51,662 nucleotides of DNA from Escherichia phage aaroes. Under the pieces are notes generated by a model. It did no database searches. It was not told the DNA's origin and saw only the letters and a program-made list of their open reading frames with translations. The translations under genes were made by a program, and so were the position numbers. Shown one piece after another: positions 8,130-16,081 of this stretch (positions are counted from its first letter, which is position 1; each line of letters starts with the position of its first letter). The stretch is from sequence record NC_049826.1; one strand, given 5' to 3'.

Positions 8130-8414
8130 AACAACAGATCCAGTTAAAGAGATAAGCTGCCTTGTGATCTTGTGTCTGCGATACTGACGCGCAACAACCG
8201 GAAGATTTTCACCGCGCTGATGACCGAAGCAGATCGGCAACTCACCTTCAAGCGATCGGAATCCACCAAATTCAAGATCCCGCACTGGCTTTGAGCGCCA
8301 GGATTCAATAAATCCGCGCTCGTCACGAGTGATATAGCGGTATATGTTAGGGAGTGGCAATTGTATCCCATCAAAATACACTGTATCGGTATAGCTGTAA
8401 AACTTAGAACTCAT
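8124..8414 (-). CDS. hypothetical protein (96 aa)
   Basis: Start at internal ATG (MSSKFYS...) overlapping the stop of the 50-aa ORF upstream (ATGAGTTCTAA); stop TAG inside the repeat core. Confidence 0.45.
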   Translation of the reverse strand: MSSKFYSYTDTVYFDGIQLPLPNIYRYITRDERGFIESWRSKPVRDLEFGGFRSLEGELPICFGHQRGENLPVVARQYRRHKITRQLISLTGSVVE

Positions 8415-8556
8415 AATCAACAACTCCAAATTCGTTAACGATCTGCGCCTTATAGAATCCGCCATTTTTAGCCAGGTTATAACAGGAGGCGACAGTCTCA
8501 AATTCGCGCGCTTCCGGCTGGCTGTTTTCGTTCTCCCAGGTAATCAGAGTAACCAT
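8404..8556 (-). CDS. hypothetical small protein (50 aa)
   Basis: GAGGA RBS, ATG right after the cassette; translationally coupled to 8124-8414; missed by the ORF track. Confidence 0.35.
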   Translation of the reverse strand: MVTLITWENENSQPEAREFETVASCYNLAKNGGFYKAQIVNEFGVVDYEF

Positions 8557-8636
8557 TTTAAAATCCTCGCATTCGTTGTCGATGTGTGTAATATATCGGA
8601 TCGCGAGGATTGAGTTTTAACAAAAAGTGCTATTTA
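8557..8636 (-). promoter_or_regulatory. early promoter-leader cassette copy
   Basis: Minus strand: AAATAGCACTTTTTGTTAAAAC, inverted repeat around ATATATTACACACATCGACAACGA. Confidence 0.55.
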
Positions 8637-8900
8637 GTCCAGGAATTCGATTTCACGTTCTCCAGTTAACGGATCTACAAGCCAGAATCCGAGCGCCTCA
8701 CCGTAAACACCGCCATAGAATCCAAGCGCCGCCAGATCTTCACCTTTAACGAATACCAGATCCCCGCTACGGCTTACGTGAGACACGTTAACGATAACAG
8801 GAAAGGTGCGATCCTTAAATGCAGGCCGCATGGCGTAACATCCATTATTAAGCAGTCGTGCTTTGCGCTTAACTGGAATAGGTGCATTGATACGTGGCAT
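8634..8900 (-). CDS. hypothetical protein (88 aa)
   Basis: AAGGAG RBS before internal ATG (MPRINAP...); stop TAA adjoins the repeat core. Confidence 0.45.
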   Translation of the reverse strand: MPRINAPIPVKRKARLLNNGCYAMRPAFKDRTFPVIVNVSHVSRSGDLVFVKGEDLAALGFYGGVYGEALGFWLVDPLTGEREIEFLD

Positions 8901-8919
8901 CTTTATTTCTCCTTTGTTG

Positions 8920-9159
8920 TTAACCATGTTTAACGGCATCCAGAACATCACAGGATTCGTTAATAAACTTTGCCATGCGCTTATCATCACCGACAGGTAT
9001 TAGAGCGTTACACTCGCATTTGTGACTTAATACGGTGACTTTATGGAATGATGCGAACGGCATCGACGGGAACTCCACTGTTTGCGTCAAGATCCGCAAC
9101 CCCATCTTTTTGGCCCTTACCTGGGCCTCTGCAAGTTCAAAATCCACTTCATTAATCAT
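8920..9159 (-). CDS. hypothetical protein (79 aa)
   Basis: ORF, overlaps the upstream gene by 4 nt. Confidence 0.45.
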   Translation of the reverse strand: MINEVDFELAEAQVRAKKMGLRILTQTVEFPSMPFASFHKVTVLSHKCECNALIPVGDDKRMAKFINESCDVLDAVKHG

Positions 9160-9428
9160 TTCTTGATCTCCTCAGCAATGAACTTCAATACCTTGCGCAA
9201 AAACACTTCGTTATTGATGGTGGCTGGCAATTCTTCTTTCACTTCTTGCGGCAGGTAAATATTGCCGTGCCAGGTTAAGCAATCGTAGTTGATGCGGTAA
9301 GAGCAAAGCCACTCGCAATCGTTATCCGCTTCCCAAATGCAAAGCTGCATGACGTCGCCAAAATCTTCAACAGTCAGTTCCAGGCCATGACGCTTAGCGA
9401 AGTTGAAAGTTGTTTTGCTGATGTTCAT
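9156..9428 (-). CDS. hypothetical protein (90 aa)
   Basis: ORF behind a cassette copy, RBS GGAGACGG. Confidence 0.45.
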   Translation of the reverse strand: MNISKTTFNFAKRHGLELTVEDFGDVMQLCIWEADNDCEWLCSYRINYDCLTWHGNIYLPQEVKEELPATINNEVFLRKVLKFIAEEIKK

Positions 9429-9513
9429 CTTACCGTCTCCTGATGGGTGTCTCGTTTCGATGTGTGTAATGTACCCGATCAGGCGGATTCAGTTTTAACA
9501 AAAAGTGCTATTT
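9429..9513 (-). promoter_or_regulatory. early promoter-leader cassette copy
   Basis: Minus strand: AAATAGCACTTTTTGTTAAAAC, TACATT, leader CACACATCGAAACGAGACACC, RBS. Confidence 0.5.
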
Positions 9514-9514
9514 C

Positions 9515-9703
9515 TCAACTGGCGATTATTCCACCTATTCCATTAATCAGGAATAACAGGAATAACTCATTCGAGATCACCTGGATTGTGAGATCTTGAG
9601 TTTGATCAATTTTAATCAGGTGATTAACTTTTTGTGTGGAGGGGATAGAGAAACGCGATCCTCTCGCATCCTTTCCGGCAATCCTGGCGCGCAACATGTT
9701 CAT
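9515..9703 (-). CDS. hypothetical protein (62 aa), possible first gene of the leftward early block
   Basis: ATG after GGATGG; sequence is repeat-rich; stop precedes the cassette core. Confidence 0.3.
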   Translation of the reverse strand: MNMLRARIAGKDARGSRFSIPSTQKVNHLIKIDQTQDLTIQVISNELFLLFLINGIGGIIAS

Positions 9704-9719
9704 TATGTTTCCATCCGTT

Positions 9720-10060
9720 CACGCAAATGAGCCTCCGCAGTTCTTCCACGTTTCATGCTGTCATGCACACAAAAGAAACAATGTAAAATCTATATAAATA
9801 CACATTAAATCAATAAGTTATTTATATATGTATTTATATTTGTTTCTTATTGTTCTTGTTGTGTGATGGTTATTGGTATATGTTGCGATTTTTGTGTTGG
9901 TGGATATTGATTGTTTATTGTTCGATTTGGTTGATGATTATGGTTGCTCATGGTTGCGTATGATTCTTGATGTATTTATGTATATATCCGCGAAAATTCG
10001 TGAACAGCCACACAGCCAAAAAACATGGTGAGGATTCTTTTTAAATCATGCACTTAACTG
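9720..10060. other. AT-rich, GT-iteron-rich non-coding control region at the strand switch
   Basis: About 340 bp without a credible ORF; repeated TGATT/TGGTT/TGTGTG units; shares ATAAATCAATAAGTTA and TGTT(C)TTATTGTT with 39480-39800. Confidence 0.5.
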
Positions 10061-10111
10061 TGAATTTTGTTTCCGCGCAATCTCCACACGTATAGCAAAC
10101 AATTAGAACGC

Positions 10112-10140
10112 TTGACATCGACACGGCGCGGTGGCAACAT
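10112..10140 (+). promoter_or_regulatory. candidate sigma70-type promoter for the rightward early block
   Basis: TTGACA, 17-nt spacer, CAACAT, about 40 nt upstream of the first plus-strand ORF. Confidence 0.35.
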
Positions 10141-10179
10141 TGCAACCACCAACAAACAGAGCAAATAGGAGTTACTCTT

Positions 10180-10641
10180 ATGACTATGACAAGTAAAGAA
10201 TTTTGCGATATGTTGCGAGTTAATGCAGCCTCACTAGCTAACGGTGATGTTAGCGAACTGCAAATCAAGGAGCTTGACTTGCAATGCAATATTGCGCCGG
10301 AAGACTTGAGGAAAATTAACGCCTCATACATCCGAACGATTATGAATCGAACGCCGGAGGTGAAAGCCGTTGGCGTGGTGAAAGTTGAACGCGTTCGAGG
10401 TGATGCGGATATTCCTGATTGCTATCGCGTAACCATTAACAAGAATCCAAAGCGCCGATTGCTGACAGATGAAGAATTGCCAAAACTTGAAAGTAAGTGG
10501 CGAGCAAAGTTTATTGCTCAACTGCTTAAAACACAGCCGCGAATCAGCGATCTGGAAGGTGAGCGCCTGGAAGGTGCAGCAATCGCACTTGAGCGAATGA
10601 ATGAAATGCTTAACGAGATGGTAAAGATGGAGGATGAATAA
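10180..10641 (+). CDS. hypothetical early protein (153 aa)
   Basis: AGGAG RBS then ATG 10180. Confidence 0.5.
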   Translation: MTMTSKEFCDMLRVNAASLANGDVSELQIKELDLQCNIAPEDLRKINASYIRTIMNRTPEVKAVGVVKVERVRGDADIPDCYRVTINKNPKRRLLTDEELPKLESKWRAKFIAQLLKTQPRISDLEGERLEGAAIALERMNEMLNEMVKMEDE

Positions 10642-10904
10642 TGGCTATGATGAAAATTCGCAAAGCAACAGATGATTTCATCCGCAGTAATGCGGAAAGC
10701 GGTCGCCTGTACGTTGCATTCGTGGAGCGCAAGAGAAAGCGCGGAAAGATTGTTGCGACTGAGCGGTTATTCAAGATGAAGCCGAGAACTGAATGCGAAT
10801 GCAAAAAGGATTGCGGTTTTTACTTCGGATGCCGTTGCAGCACGATAGAAAACGCGCGAACGCTCATAGATGAAGGAAAAGTATACTTCAATCCGGCAGA
10901 ATAG
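10641..10904 (+). CDS. hypothetical protein with C-terminal Cys cluster (87 aa)
   Basis: GGAGGA RBS; ECECKKDCGFYFGCRCS zinc-ribbon-like end; stop TAG inside the repeat core. Confidence 0.5.
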   Translation: MAMMKIRKATDDFIRSNAESGRLYVAFVERKRKRGKIVATERLFKMKPRTECECKKDCGFYFGCRCSTIENARTLIDEGKVYFNPAE

Positions 10905-10976
10905 CACTTTTTGTTAAAACGCCAGGTGCGAATCCTGGCATAATAGCCTCATCGAAACGAGATTGAGGAAAACAAA
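10901..10976 (+). promoter_or_regulatory. early promoter-leader cassette copy (canonical)
   Basis: ATAGCACTTTTTGTTAAAAC, hairpin GCCAGG-tgcgaat-CCTGGC, CATAAT, leader ATCGAAACGAG, GAGGAAAACAAA, ATG. Confidence 0.6.
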
Positions 10977-11162
10977 ATGGCACGTCGCATCACCAAAGAC
11001 CTTAAAGTCCTGAACAAAGAAAACGTAGTTAAAATCCTGGTTATCTGGGGATACAACGAAGAAGCAGCAAAGCAGAAGGTAGAGGCAGGTTATGACCTGG
11101 CTGTAAAAGCAATGCCAAACGACGACGCCAAAGGCATTGCAAACTATGTAGCGTTCTTTTAA
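10977..11162 (+). CDS. hypothetical protein (61 aa)
   Basis: ORF directly behind the cassette. Confidence 0.5.
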   Translation: MARRITKDLKVLNKENVVKILVIWGYNEEAAKQKVEAGYDLAVKAMPNDDAKGIANYVAFF

Positions 11163-11177
11163 TTAGCAGGTGAATAA

Positions 11178-11363
11178 ATGAAAACGAAATTAGTCCATAA
11201 ATCAGAAATCAAGATCGGCGATACTGTGATTCACAACGGCGAGCTTAGAACGGTTGGCAAAGAGTCAATAAGCCACGATGAATTTATGGGGATCTTGTTG
11301 TTCGGTGACTCTTATCGTCTTGGTTATAAAATGGTTGAGCTTGTGGAAGAGGTAAAATTCTAA
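11178..11363 (+). CDS. hypothetical protein (61 aa)
   Basis: ORF with RBS; stop TAA adjoins the repeat core. Confidence 0.5.
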   Translation: MKTKLVHKSEIKIGDTVIHNGELRTVGKESISHDEFMGILLFGDSYRLGYKMVELVEEVKF

Positions 11364-11462
11364 ATAGCACTTTTTGTTAAAACTCAAAAACGATAACCAG
11401 GCATAATAAATCACATAGGGCGGCACGGCGTCGCCCAGTAAAACCAATCAGGAGAAAGCACC
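11363..11462 (+). promoter_or_regulatory. early promoter-leader cassette copy
   Basis: AATAGCACTTTTTGTTAAAAC, CATAAT at 11402-11407, GC hairpin GGGCGgcacggcgtCGCCC in the leader, RBS GGAGAAAG. Confidence 0.55.
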
Positions 11463-12365
11463 ATGTTAAAACTTACTGACATTAAATTCCCGATCACCTT
11501 CGAATCTCGCGGCGTTGGTCATTTCATGTTTACCGACGAGAAGACATGCACTAAGTTTAACGAATACGGAAGTACAAACGCTTCAACAATGGAGATTGAA
11601 CACTTCATTGAAGCGCACAATAAACACTACAACTCACTCAGAGACTACGGCTATGCAATGCCAGGATACACCTGTTTTCACTACAAGCCATATAAAGGCC
11701 AGGTGTTGCCAGTGCGCTCGCCGGAACGCGCAGAGATTCATACGGTAGATATGAAAACCTGCGACTACAAAAAATTGTGGTGCTTAAGTGTGGACAATAT
11801 CAAGTATCCGATTGTTTTTAATTGTGGCGGTTCAACAATCAGGTTCACATCGCGCGACAATGGCGTTTATAGCGATGGTCAGAAATCAGAGTTGAAAGTT
11901 GATTTCTTTGTTAATGGTCACAACAAATTCAATCCGCACAATGAAAAAGATAAGGTGTACTACGTGGAAGGCATTACAAAACACTTGTTTGGAGAAACAC
12001 CATTCGGCGGCGGAAAGACGTCAATTCAAAAAATCATTGGCGAGGAGATCCACAAGGCAGCCGTTGAAATGAAAGCGCCTGGAGGCTGTAAGATTGATAA
12101 AAGCGACATTATCACCATTCGTTCAAAGATTGGCGGAGTTGAATACGAGGGCAAAATTGAAAAAATGCCGCTAGGCGCTTCAATCATCGGCATCAAAGAC
12201 GACAACGGCGATTGGCATGATGTTTCTTTCCCGATCAAGCGTATCGAAGTGCAAGACGACTTGATTTGCCTCCTGGCGCATCATGGCAGCTATAAGAACA
12301 ATCCGTTCTCCGCAGAGCTAAACATCAAGCGCGGAACGATTGTTAAGTGGAAGGCAAAAGTATAA
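11463..12365 (+). CDS. hypothetical protein (300 aa)
   Basis: Long ORF with RBS; no motif I could name. Confidence 0.5.
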   Translation: MLKLTDIKFPITFESRGVGHFMFTDEKTCTKFNEYGSTNASTMEIEHFIEAHNKHYNSLRDYGYAMPGYTCFHYKPYKGQVLPVRSPERAEIHTVDMKTCDYKKLWCLSVDNIKYPIVFNCGGSTIRFTSRDNGVYSDGQKSELKVDFFVNGHNKFNPHNEKDKVYYVEGITKHLFGETPFGGGKTSIQKIIGEEIHKAAVEMKAPGGCKIDKSDIITIRSKIGGVEYEGKIEKMPLGASIIGIKDDNGDWHDVSFPIKRIEVQDDLICLLAHHGSYKNNPFSAELNIKRGTIVKWKAKV

Positions 12366-12438
12366 ATAGCACGAATTGTTAAAACTCAAATGTGGGGCCA
12401 AGTATAATGGCCTCACTTTCAACGAAGGAGATAAAACG
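12365..12438 (+). promoter_or_regulatory. early promoter cassette copy (core variant ...CACGAATTGTTAAAAC)
   Basis: Core then inverted repeat GGGGCC...GGCC enclosing TATAAT, then AAGGAG RBS. Confidence 0.55.
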
Positions 12439-12669
12439 ATGTACATTAACAAGAAGATGAAATGCATTTCCGTTAACTATGGTTGCTCTGGCATGTTCAA
12501 GCCTGGCGAAATCTATATGGCGCAAAAACTGAAATCATCAACTGGATCTTTTTACGTGAGCAATAGTAAGGGGCATCGCATGTTCCTGAACGGCGGCGAA
12601 GGCACTAAGGTTATGGCACACGCTATGGTAATTGCTGAATTTGAGGAGGTGAAAGATGAAAGCAAATAA
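12439..12669 (+). CDS. hypothetical protein (76 aa)
   Basis: AAGGAG RBS before ATG 12439; the track ORF starts at a TTG inside the promoter. Confidence 0.45.
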   Translation: MYINKKMKCISVNYGCSGMFKPGEIYMAQKLKSSTGSFYVSNSKGHRMFLNGGEGTKVMAHAMVIAEFEEVKDESK

Positions 12670-12877
12670 GCGCGTCAAGCACAGGTTTATTGATAACCAC
12701 GGAGACGCGATCGATGTATACAAGTTCGGCGATCGCGTGTTTATTGACGGCACGTTTGAAGGTGGGCGCAGGCCGGATTTTAGGTCGATACTTACCGCTG
12801 ACCAGGTGCGCAAGCTGGCGGATAAGTTAAATGATCTGGCAGATGAAATCGAATACAAGCAAATCCATTTTAATTGA
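12656..12877 (+). CDS. hypothetical protein (73 aa)
   Basis: GAGGAGG RBS; overlaps the upstream gene. Confidence 0.5.
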   Translation: MKANKRVKHRFIDNHGDAIDVYKFGDRVFIDGTFEGGRRPDFRSILTADQVRKLADKLNDLADEIEYKQIHFN

Positions 12878-12888
12878 TAGGTTTGATA

Positions 12889-13509
12889 ATGAAAAAATAC
12901 GAATTTGAACTTTGGGGAAGCAAATACAATTTTTCCACGAGCAAGCCGATTGTTATCGTTGATCTGGACGGCACTTTATCCGATGGAACGCATCGCTTGC
13001 ACCTGCTGCCGACAGAAGATTTGCACCTTACAGAAAGCTGGTCTGAGTTCAATAAGGCGGCTGTTGGAGATTCGCCGATTAAGAGCACGGTTGCAGTGGT
13101 TAACGGATTGTGGATGTCAGGATTTGCCATCGTTATCCTGACAGGACGCAGCGATGAGGTCATGGCTGACACCTGCGACTGGTTAAATTATAACGGCATC
13201 AAGTACGACGCGTTAATCATGCGCCGCAAGGAAGATAACCGAAAAGACACGATCATCAAAGAGGAAGTCTTACGAGCTATCGGACTGGAAAACATTGTGT
13301 GCGCTTTTGATGATTCGCATAACGTGGTTAAGCACTTCCGCAGCCTGGGAATCACAACCTATCAGGTTACGGAATACGACAAGCCACATAATCACATCCA
13401 ATCGCACGGCGTGGATGAATTGAAGCCAAAAATCGAATGCGAAGGCGAGCACTGTTTTAGTGTGGTTGATGGTAAATGTTTGCGTTGCGGCGTGGAGGGT
13501 TTGAAATGA
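12889..13509 (+). CDS. HAD-family phosphatase resembling the T4 Pnkp 3'-phosphatase domain, with C-terminal Zn-ribbon
   Basis: HAD motif I VIVDLDGTLSDG, then VILTGR, RKDTIIKEEV and FDDSHNVV blocks in the order I recall for T4 Pnkp phosphatase; C-terminal CEGEHC...CLRCG. Confidence 0.65.
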   Translation: MKKYEFELWGSKYNFSTSKPIVIVDLDGTLSDGTHRLHLLPTEDLHLTESWSEFNKAAVGDSPIKSTVAVVNGLWMSGFAIVILTGRSDEVMADTCDWLNYNGIKYDALIMRRKEDNRKDTIIKEEVLRAIGLENIVCAFDDSHNVVKHFRSLGITTYQVTEYDKPHNHIQSHGVDELKPKIECEGEHCFSVVDGKCLRCGVEGLK

Positions 13510-13667
13510 CCTGGTTACTTTTAATCTTTGTCACAAGTTACAACTCCGCCGCTATTGAATCGCATGAGTTCCACAGCGAATCAAGATGTCAGGAAGCACG
13601 AAAGCAAGTTGTTCTCCACATGTCAGATAGTGGAAAAGATGTAACGGCGTTATGTGTCCGTAAATAG
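13506..13667 (+). CDS. hypothetical small protein with N-terminal hydrophobic segment (53 aa)
   Basis: GGAGGG RBS before ATG 13506, overlapping the upstream stop; stop adjoins the repeat core. Confidence 0.35.
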   Translation: MTWLLLIFVTSYNSAAIESHEFHSESRCQEARKQVVLHMSDSGKDVTALCVRK

Positions 13668-13738
13668 CACTTTTTGCAAAAACAGATTGTTGGGCTTGCG
13701 GTATAGTAAGCCCATCGACAACGAAAAAGGAAAACATC
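13663..13738 (+). promoter_or_regulatory. early promoter-leader cassette copy
   Basis: AATAGCACTTTTTGCAAAAAC, inverted repeat GGGCTT...AAGCCC enclosing TATAGT, leader CCCATCGACAACGAAAAAGGAAAACATC. Confidence 0.55.
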
Positions 13739-14038
13739 ATGTTAGTTCGTAATGCGATTTATAAATTCACCAACGAGATGGGAGTTCAACTTTACCACGT
13801 AAACCATCAAGGCCACACATCAATTGCGATGTATCGCGACGCTCGCGGGAAGTGCAAACCTTCTCTGTGTGGCAGAATTTCTCCTGCGTTCTTCATGTTC
13901 AAATGGTATGCAACAGAACAAAGCAACCATAACCATTGGAATAAAGTATTGGTTGCAGGAGGCCGAATTGTTGCCAGCCACGTAGTCGATCCGCGCAAAC
14001 TAACAAGTCGCCAGCTTCGCAAAATGGCGCGCAAGTGA
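13739..14038 (+). CDS. hypothetical protein (99 aa)
   Basis: ORF behind the cassette. Confidence 0.5.
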   Translation: MLVRNAIYKFTNEMGVQLYHVNHQGHTSIAMYRDARGKCKPSLCGRISPAFFMFKWYATEQSNHNHWNKVLVAGGRIVASHVVDPRKLTSRQLRKMARK

Positions 14039-14054
14039 TAGAGGAGAAGAACAA

Positions 14055-14240
14055 ATGATATATGCACTTGTATTTTTGGTGATTTTCTTTTATATTTCAG
14101 GACTATTCATCTTCCGCGCATTGGTTAAAGAGTGTGATTGCACGGATAAAGATCATCCTCTTGTTCTGATGTTCTGGTTTGTGTGGTTTTGGGTTGCGCT
14201 TTACCAGATTGTACGGGATGAAAGCGGCTTTAAGTGGTGA
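14055..14240 (+). CDS. hypothetical small membrane protein (61 aa)
   Basis: Two hydrophobic helices; RBS AGAGGAGAAG. Confidence 0.5.
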   Translation: MIYALVFLVIFFYISGLFIFRALVKECDCTDKDHPLVLMFWFVWFWVALYQIVRDESGFKW

Positions 14241-14295
14241 TTCTTGCTATAGCGCATTCATACAGTGCGCTATGTTGAGATAACAACATGAGATC

Positions 14296-14433
14296 ATGAA
14301 GATGCGAAACTTCGAAAAAATCGTATCCAAAAAGAAGCGATACAGCTACCACGAGCACCAAGAGATGAATCAACGCTGTCGCAATAAGCGCAAGCGCCCA
14401 GGTAAACATTCAAGCAGATATGGAGACAACTAA
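14296..14433 (+). CDS. hypothetical highly basic peptide (45 aa)
   Basis: K/R-rich ORF whose stop TAA sits just before the kinase ATG; weak RBS; below the track cutoff. Confidence 0.3.
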   Translation: MKMRNFEKIVSKKKRYSYHEHQEMNQRCRNKRKRPGKHSSRYGDN

Positions 14434-14434
14434 T

Positions 14435-15025
14435 ATGAAACGAGACATTATCATCCTTAACGGACCGCCTGGAGTTGGCAAGGATACGCTTGCGGCATAC
14501 TTAACGGGCCATCGTTACGCAGCGGTTAAAGCGTCGTTTAAACAGCCTATGTTTGATATTGCGTTTTCCATGCTTGGCGTTTACCGATATGACGAGTTCA
14601 TTGATCTGTATAACGACCGCGAGCAGAAAGAAAAGCCTCAAGCAATCTTGCAAGGCAAGTCGCCTCGCCAGTTCATGATCTGGATTAGCGAAGAAGTTAT
14701 GAAGTCAGCTTTTGGCGAGCAATATTTCGGAAATCGCATGGTTGAGCAAGTACACGAGATGTACAGAGATTTAGCTGTTGTAATTAGTGACGGCGGATTC
14801 CCTGAAGAAATCAAGCCGCTAGTTAAGGCAGGCCATGAAGTTCACATTTGCCGACTGCATCGCGAAGGCTTCACGTTTGATGGCGATTCACGAAACTATA
14901 TTGACCTGAACGGATACCATCACCGCGTAAAACATTACGACTTCACAATGATTGATGGCGATCCAGAAAAGACTGTTGACGAGATCATCAAAACGGTCCA
15001 GTGGAAACACATTAAGATCAAATAG
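14435..15025 (+). CDS. P-loop nucleotide kinase, T4 gp1 (dNMP kinase)-like
   Basis: P-loop ILNGPPGVGKDT then AVKASFKQP block, similar in order to T4 gp1 as I recall it; stop TAG in the repeat core. Confidence 0.6.
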   Translation: MKRDIIILNGPPGVGKDTLAAYLTGHRYAAVKASFKQPMFDIAFSMLGVYRYDEFIDLYNDREQKEKPQAILQGKSPRQFMIWISEEVMKSAFGEQYFGNRMVEQVHEMYRDLAVVISDGGFPEEIKPLVKAGHEVHICRLHREGFTFDGDSRNYIDLNGYHHRVKHYDFTMIDGDPEKTVDEIIKTVQWKHIKIK

Positions 15026-15095
15026 CACGAATTGCTAAAAGCGGGGCGCAATGCCTCGCTATAATGCAAACACCAATCAACGAGAGGACTTGAAC
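15021..15095 (+). promoter_or_regulatory. early promoter cassette copy (core AATAGCACGAATTGCTAAAA)
   Basis: Core, GC-rich imperfect repeat, TATAAT 15060-15065, leader AATCAACGAGAGGA. Confidence 0.55.
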
Positions 15096-15500
15096 ATGTT
15101 AGAGCTTAACTACATTCGCGTAGGCACAAAATTTCGCGTAACCTGGGTATATGATGAGCGATGCGGCATTCGCAAAGGTGAGATTGTAACGGCTTCCGAT
15201 CGTTATATCGGATCGTTAAAAGAGTTTAACCGACCACGCATCAAGAATGGCTATATCATTACTCGACGACTTGGCTTTGATCATTATTGCGTAGTGGCAA
15301 CTCAAGGCGTTTTGATTGAGCTTAAGCGAATCAGCGATCATCGCGGCTGCCATGTTAAGACAATGAAAATGCCATTTCAGCGAGCGCGATACGATGCGCG
15401 ACGTATGCGCCGACTTGCGCGAAATGCGATCAAGTTCAAAAAGCCTGGTAATGATTTTTACGTCATGTACAAGGGGATTGCGCGAAATGCTGGGAAATAA
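15096..15500 (+). CDS. hypothetical protein (134 aa)
   Basis: GAGAGGA RBS before ATG 15096. Confidence 0.5.
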   Translation: MLELNYIRVGTKFRVTWVYDERCGIRKGEIVTASDRYIGSLKEFNRPRIKNGYIITRRLGFDHYCVVATQGVLIELKRISDHRGCHVKTMKMPFQRARYDARRMRRLARNAIKFKKPGNDFYVMYKGIARNAGK

Positions 15501-15599
15501 CAACAACGCAACCAATCCTAAGCCACCGTTTGATTTTCATGAAATCATGATTGTGTTATTCTTGATTCTCTTATTTATTTATTCAGTGAGGGCCGCACT

Positions 15600-15863
15600 A
15601 TGGTTTTTAACGCACTAAAACGAATCTTTAAACCTGAATACAGGATTGTTGCTTGCACAGAATGCAATATTTATTACCTTCAACGCCGCCGCGTTATTGG
15701 TGGGGGTTGGGAATACCTGACGGATGATGCTTTCGGCTTTTGGGCTATGGAGTTCAATAGCTACAGCGAAGCGCGAGAATACGCTAAAAAGTTGCACAAG
15801 TTCAGACCTTACAAACTTCGTTTGCTGGTTGTCAAAAAGTGCGACGTATGGGAGCACGAATGA
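15600..15863 (+). CDS. hypothetical protein (87 aa)
   Basis: ORF; a possible 43-aa membrane peptide (15487-15618) upstream is not called. Confidence 0.45.
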   Translation: MVFNALKRIFKPEYRIVACTECNIYYLQRRRVIGGGWEYLTDDAFGFWAMEFNSYSEAREYAKKLHKFRPYKLRLLVVKKCDVWEHE

Positions 15864-16039
15864 AAAAGTACGCAATAATCACATTAGCACTAATTATCGG
15901 ATGCGCACTTGCTTATAGTTGCGATGGCATTCTTGAGTCAATAGGCGGAATGATCATCTTTGCGGCTGGTTGTTATGCTGGGTATCACGACGGGTTTACA
16001 GCAGGCAAGCGCCACATCCTGACCGGAAAAACAAAATAA
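15860..16039 (+). CDS. hypothetical small membrane protein (59 aa)
   Basis: GGAG RBS, hydrophobic N-terminus (AIITLALIIGCALAY). Confidence 0.45.
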   Translation: MKKYAIITLALIIGCALAYSCDGILESIGGMIIFAAGCYAGYHDGFTAGKRHILTGKTK

Positions 16040-16081
16040 TGTTAACCGCGCCGCTTAGGTGGCGCCAAAAGGAGGAAACAA

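Noticed and set aside
8124-8501. Track ORFs with long N-terminal extensions or TTG/GTG starts (8124-8501, 190-480, 12376-12669, 12874-13509, 14420-15025, 24869-25885, 48133-50244, 38060-38470)
   Set aside because: The extensions run through promoter cores, terminators or the upstream gene; each was trimmed to an internal ATG preceded by a Shine-Dalgarno sequence.
9720-10060. tRNA or other structured RNA genes in the two large intergenic regions
   Set aside because: Both regions are extremely AT-rich with short GT repeats and I could not fold a cloverleaf with conserved T-loop or D-loop features by eye; this is not an exhaustive tRNAscan-type search.
10901-10944. Canonical cassette hairpins as Rho-independent terminators
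   Set aside because: Most copies have no T-tract after the stem and the stem encloses a TATAAT-like hexamer; only the copies at 20589-20647 and 47581-47652 have a real T-run, and those are reported separately.
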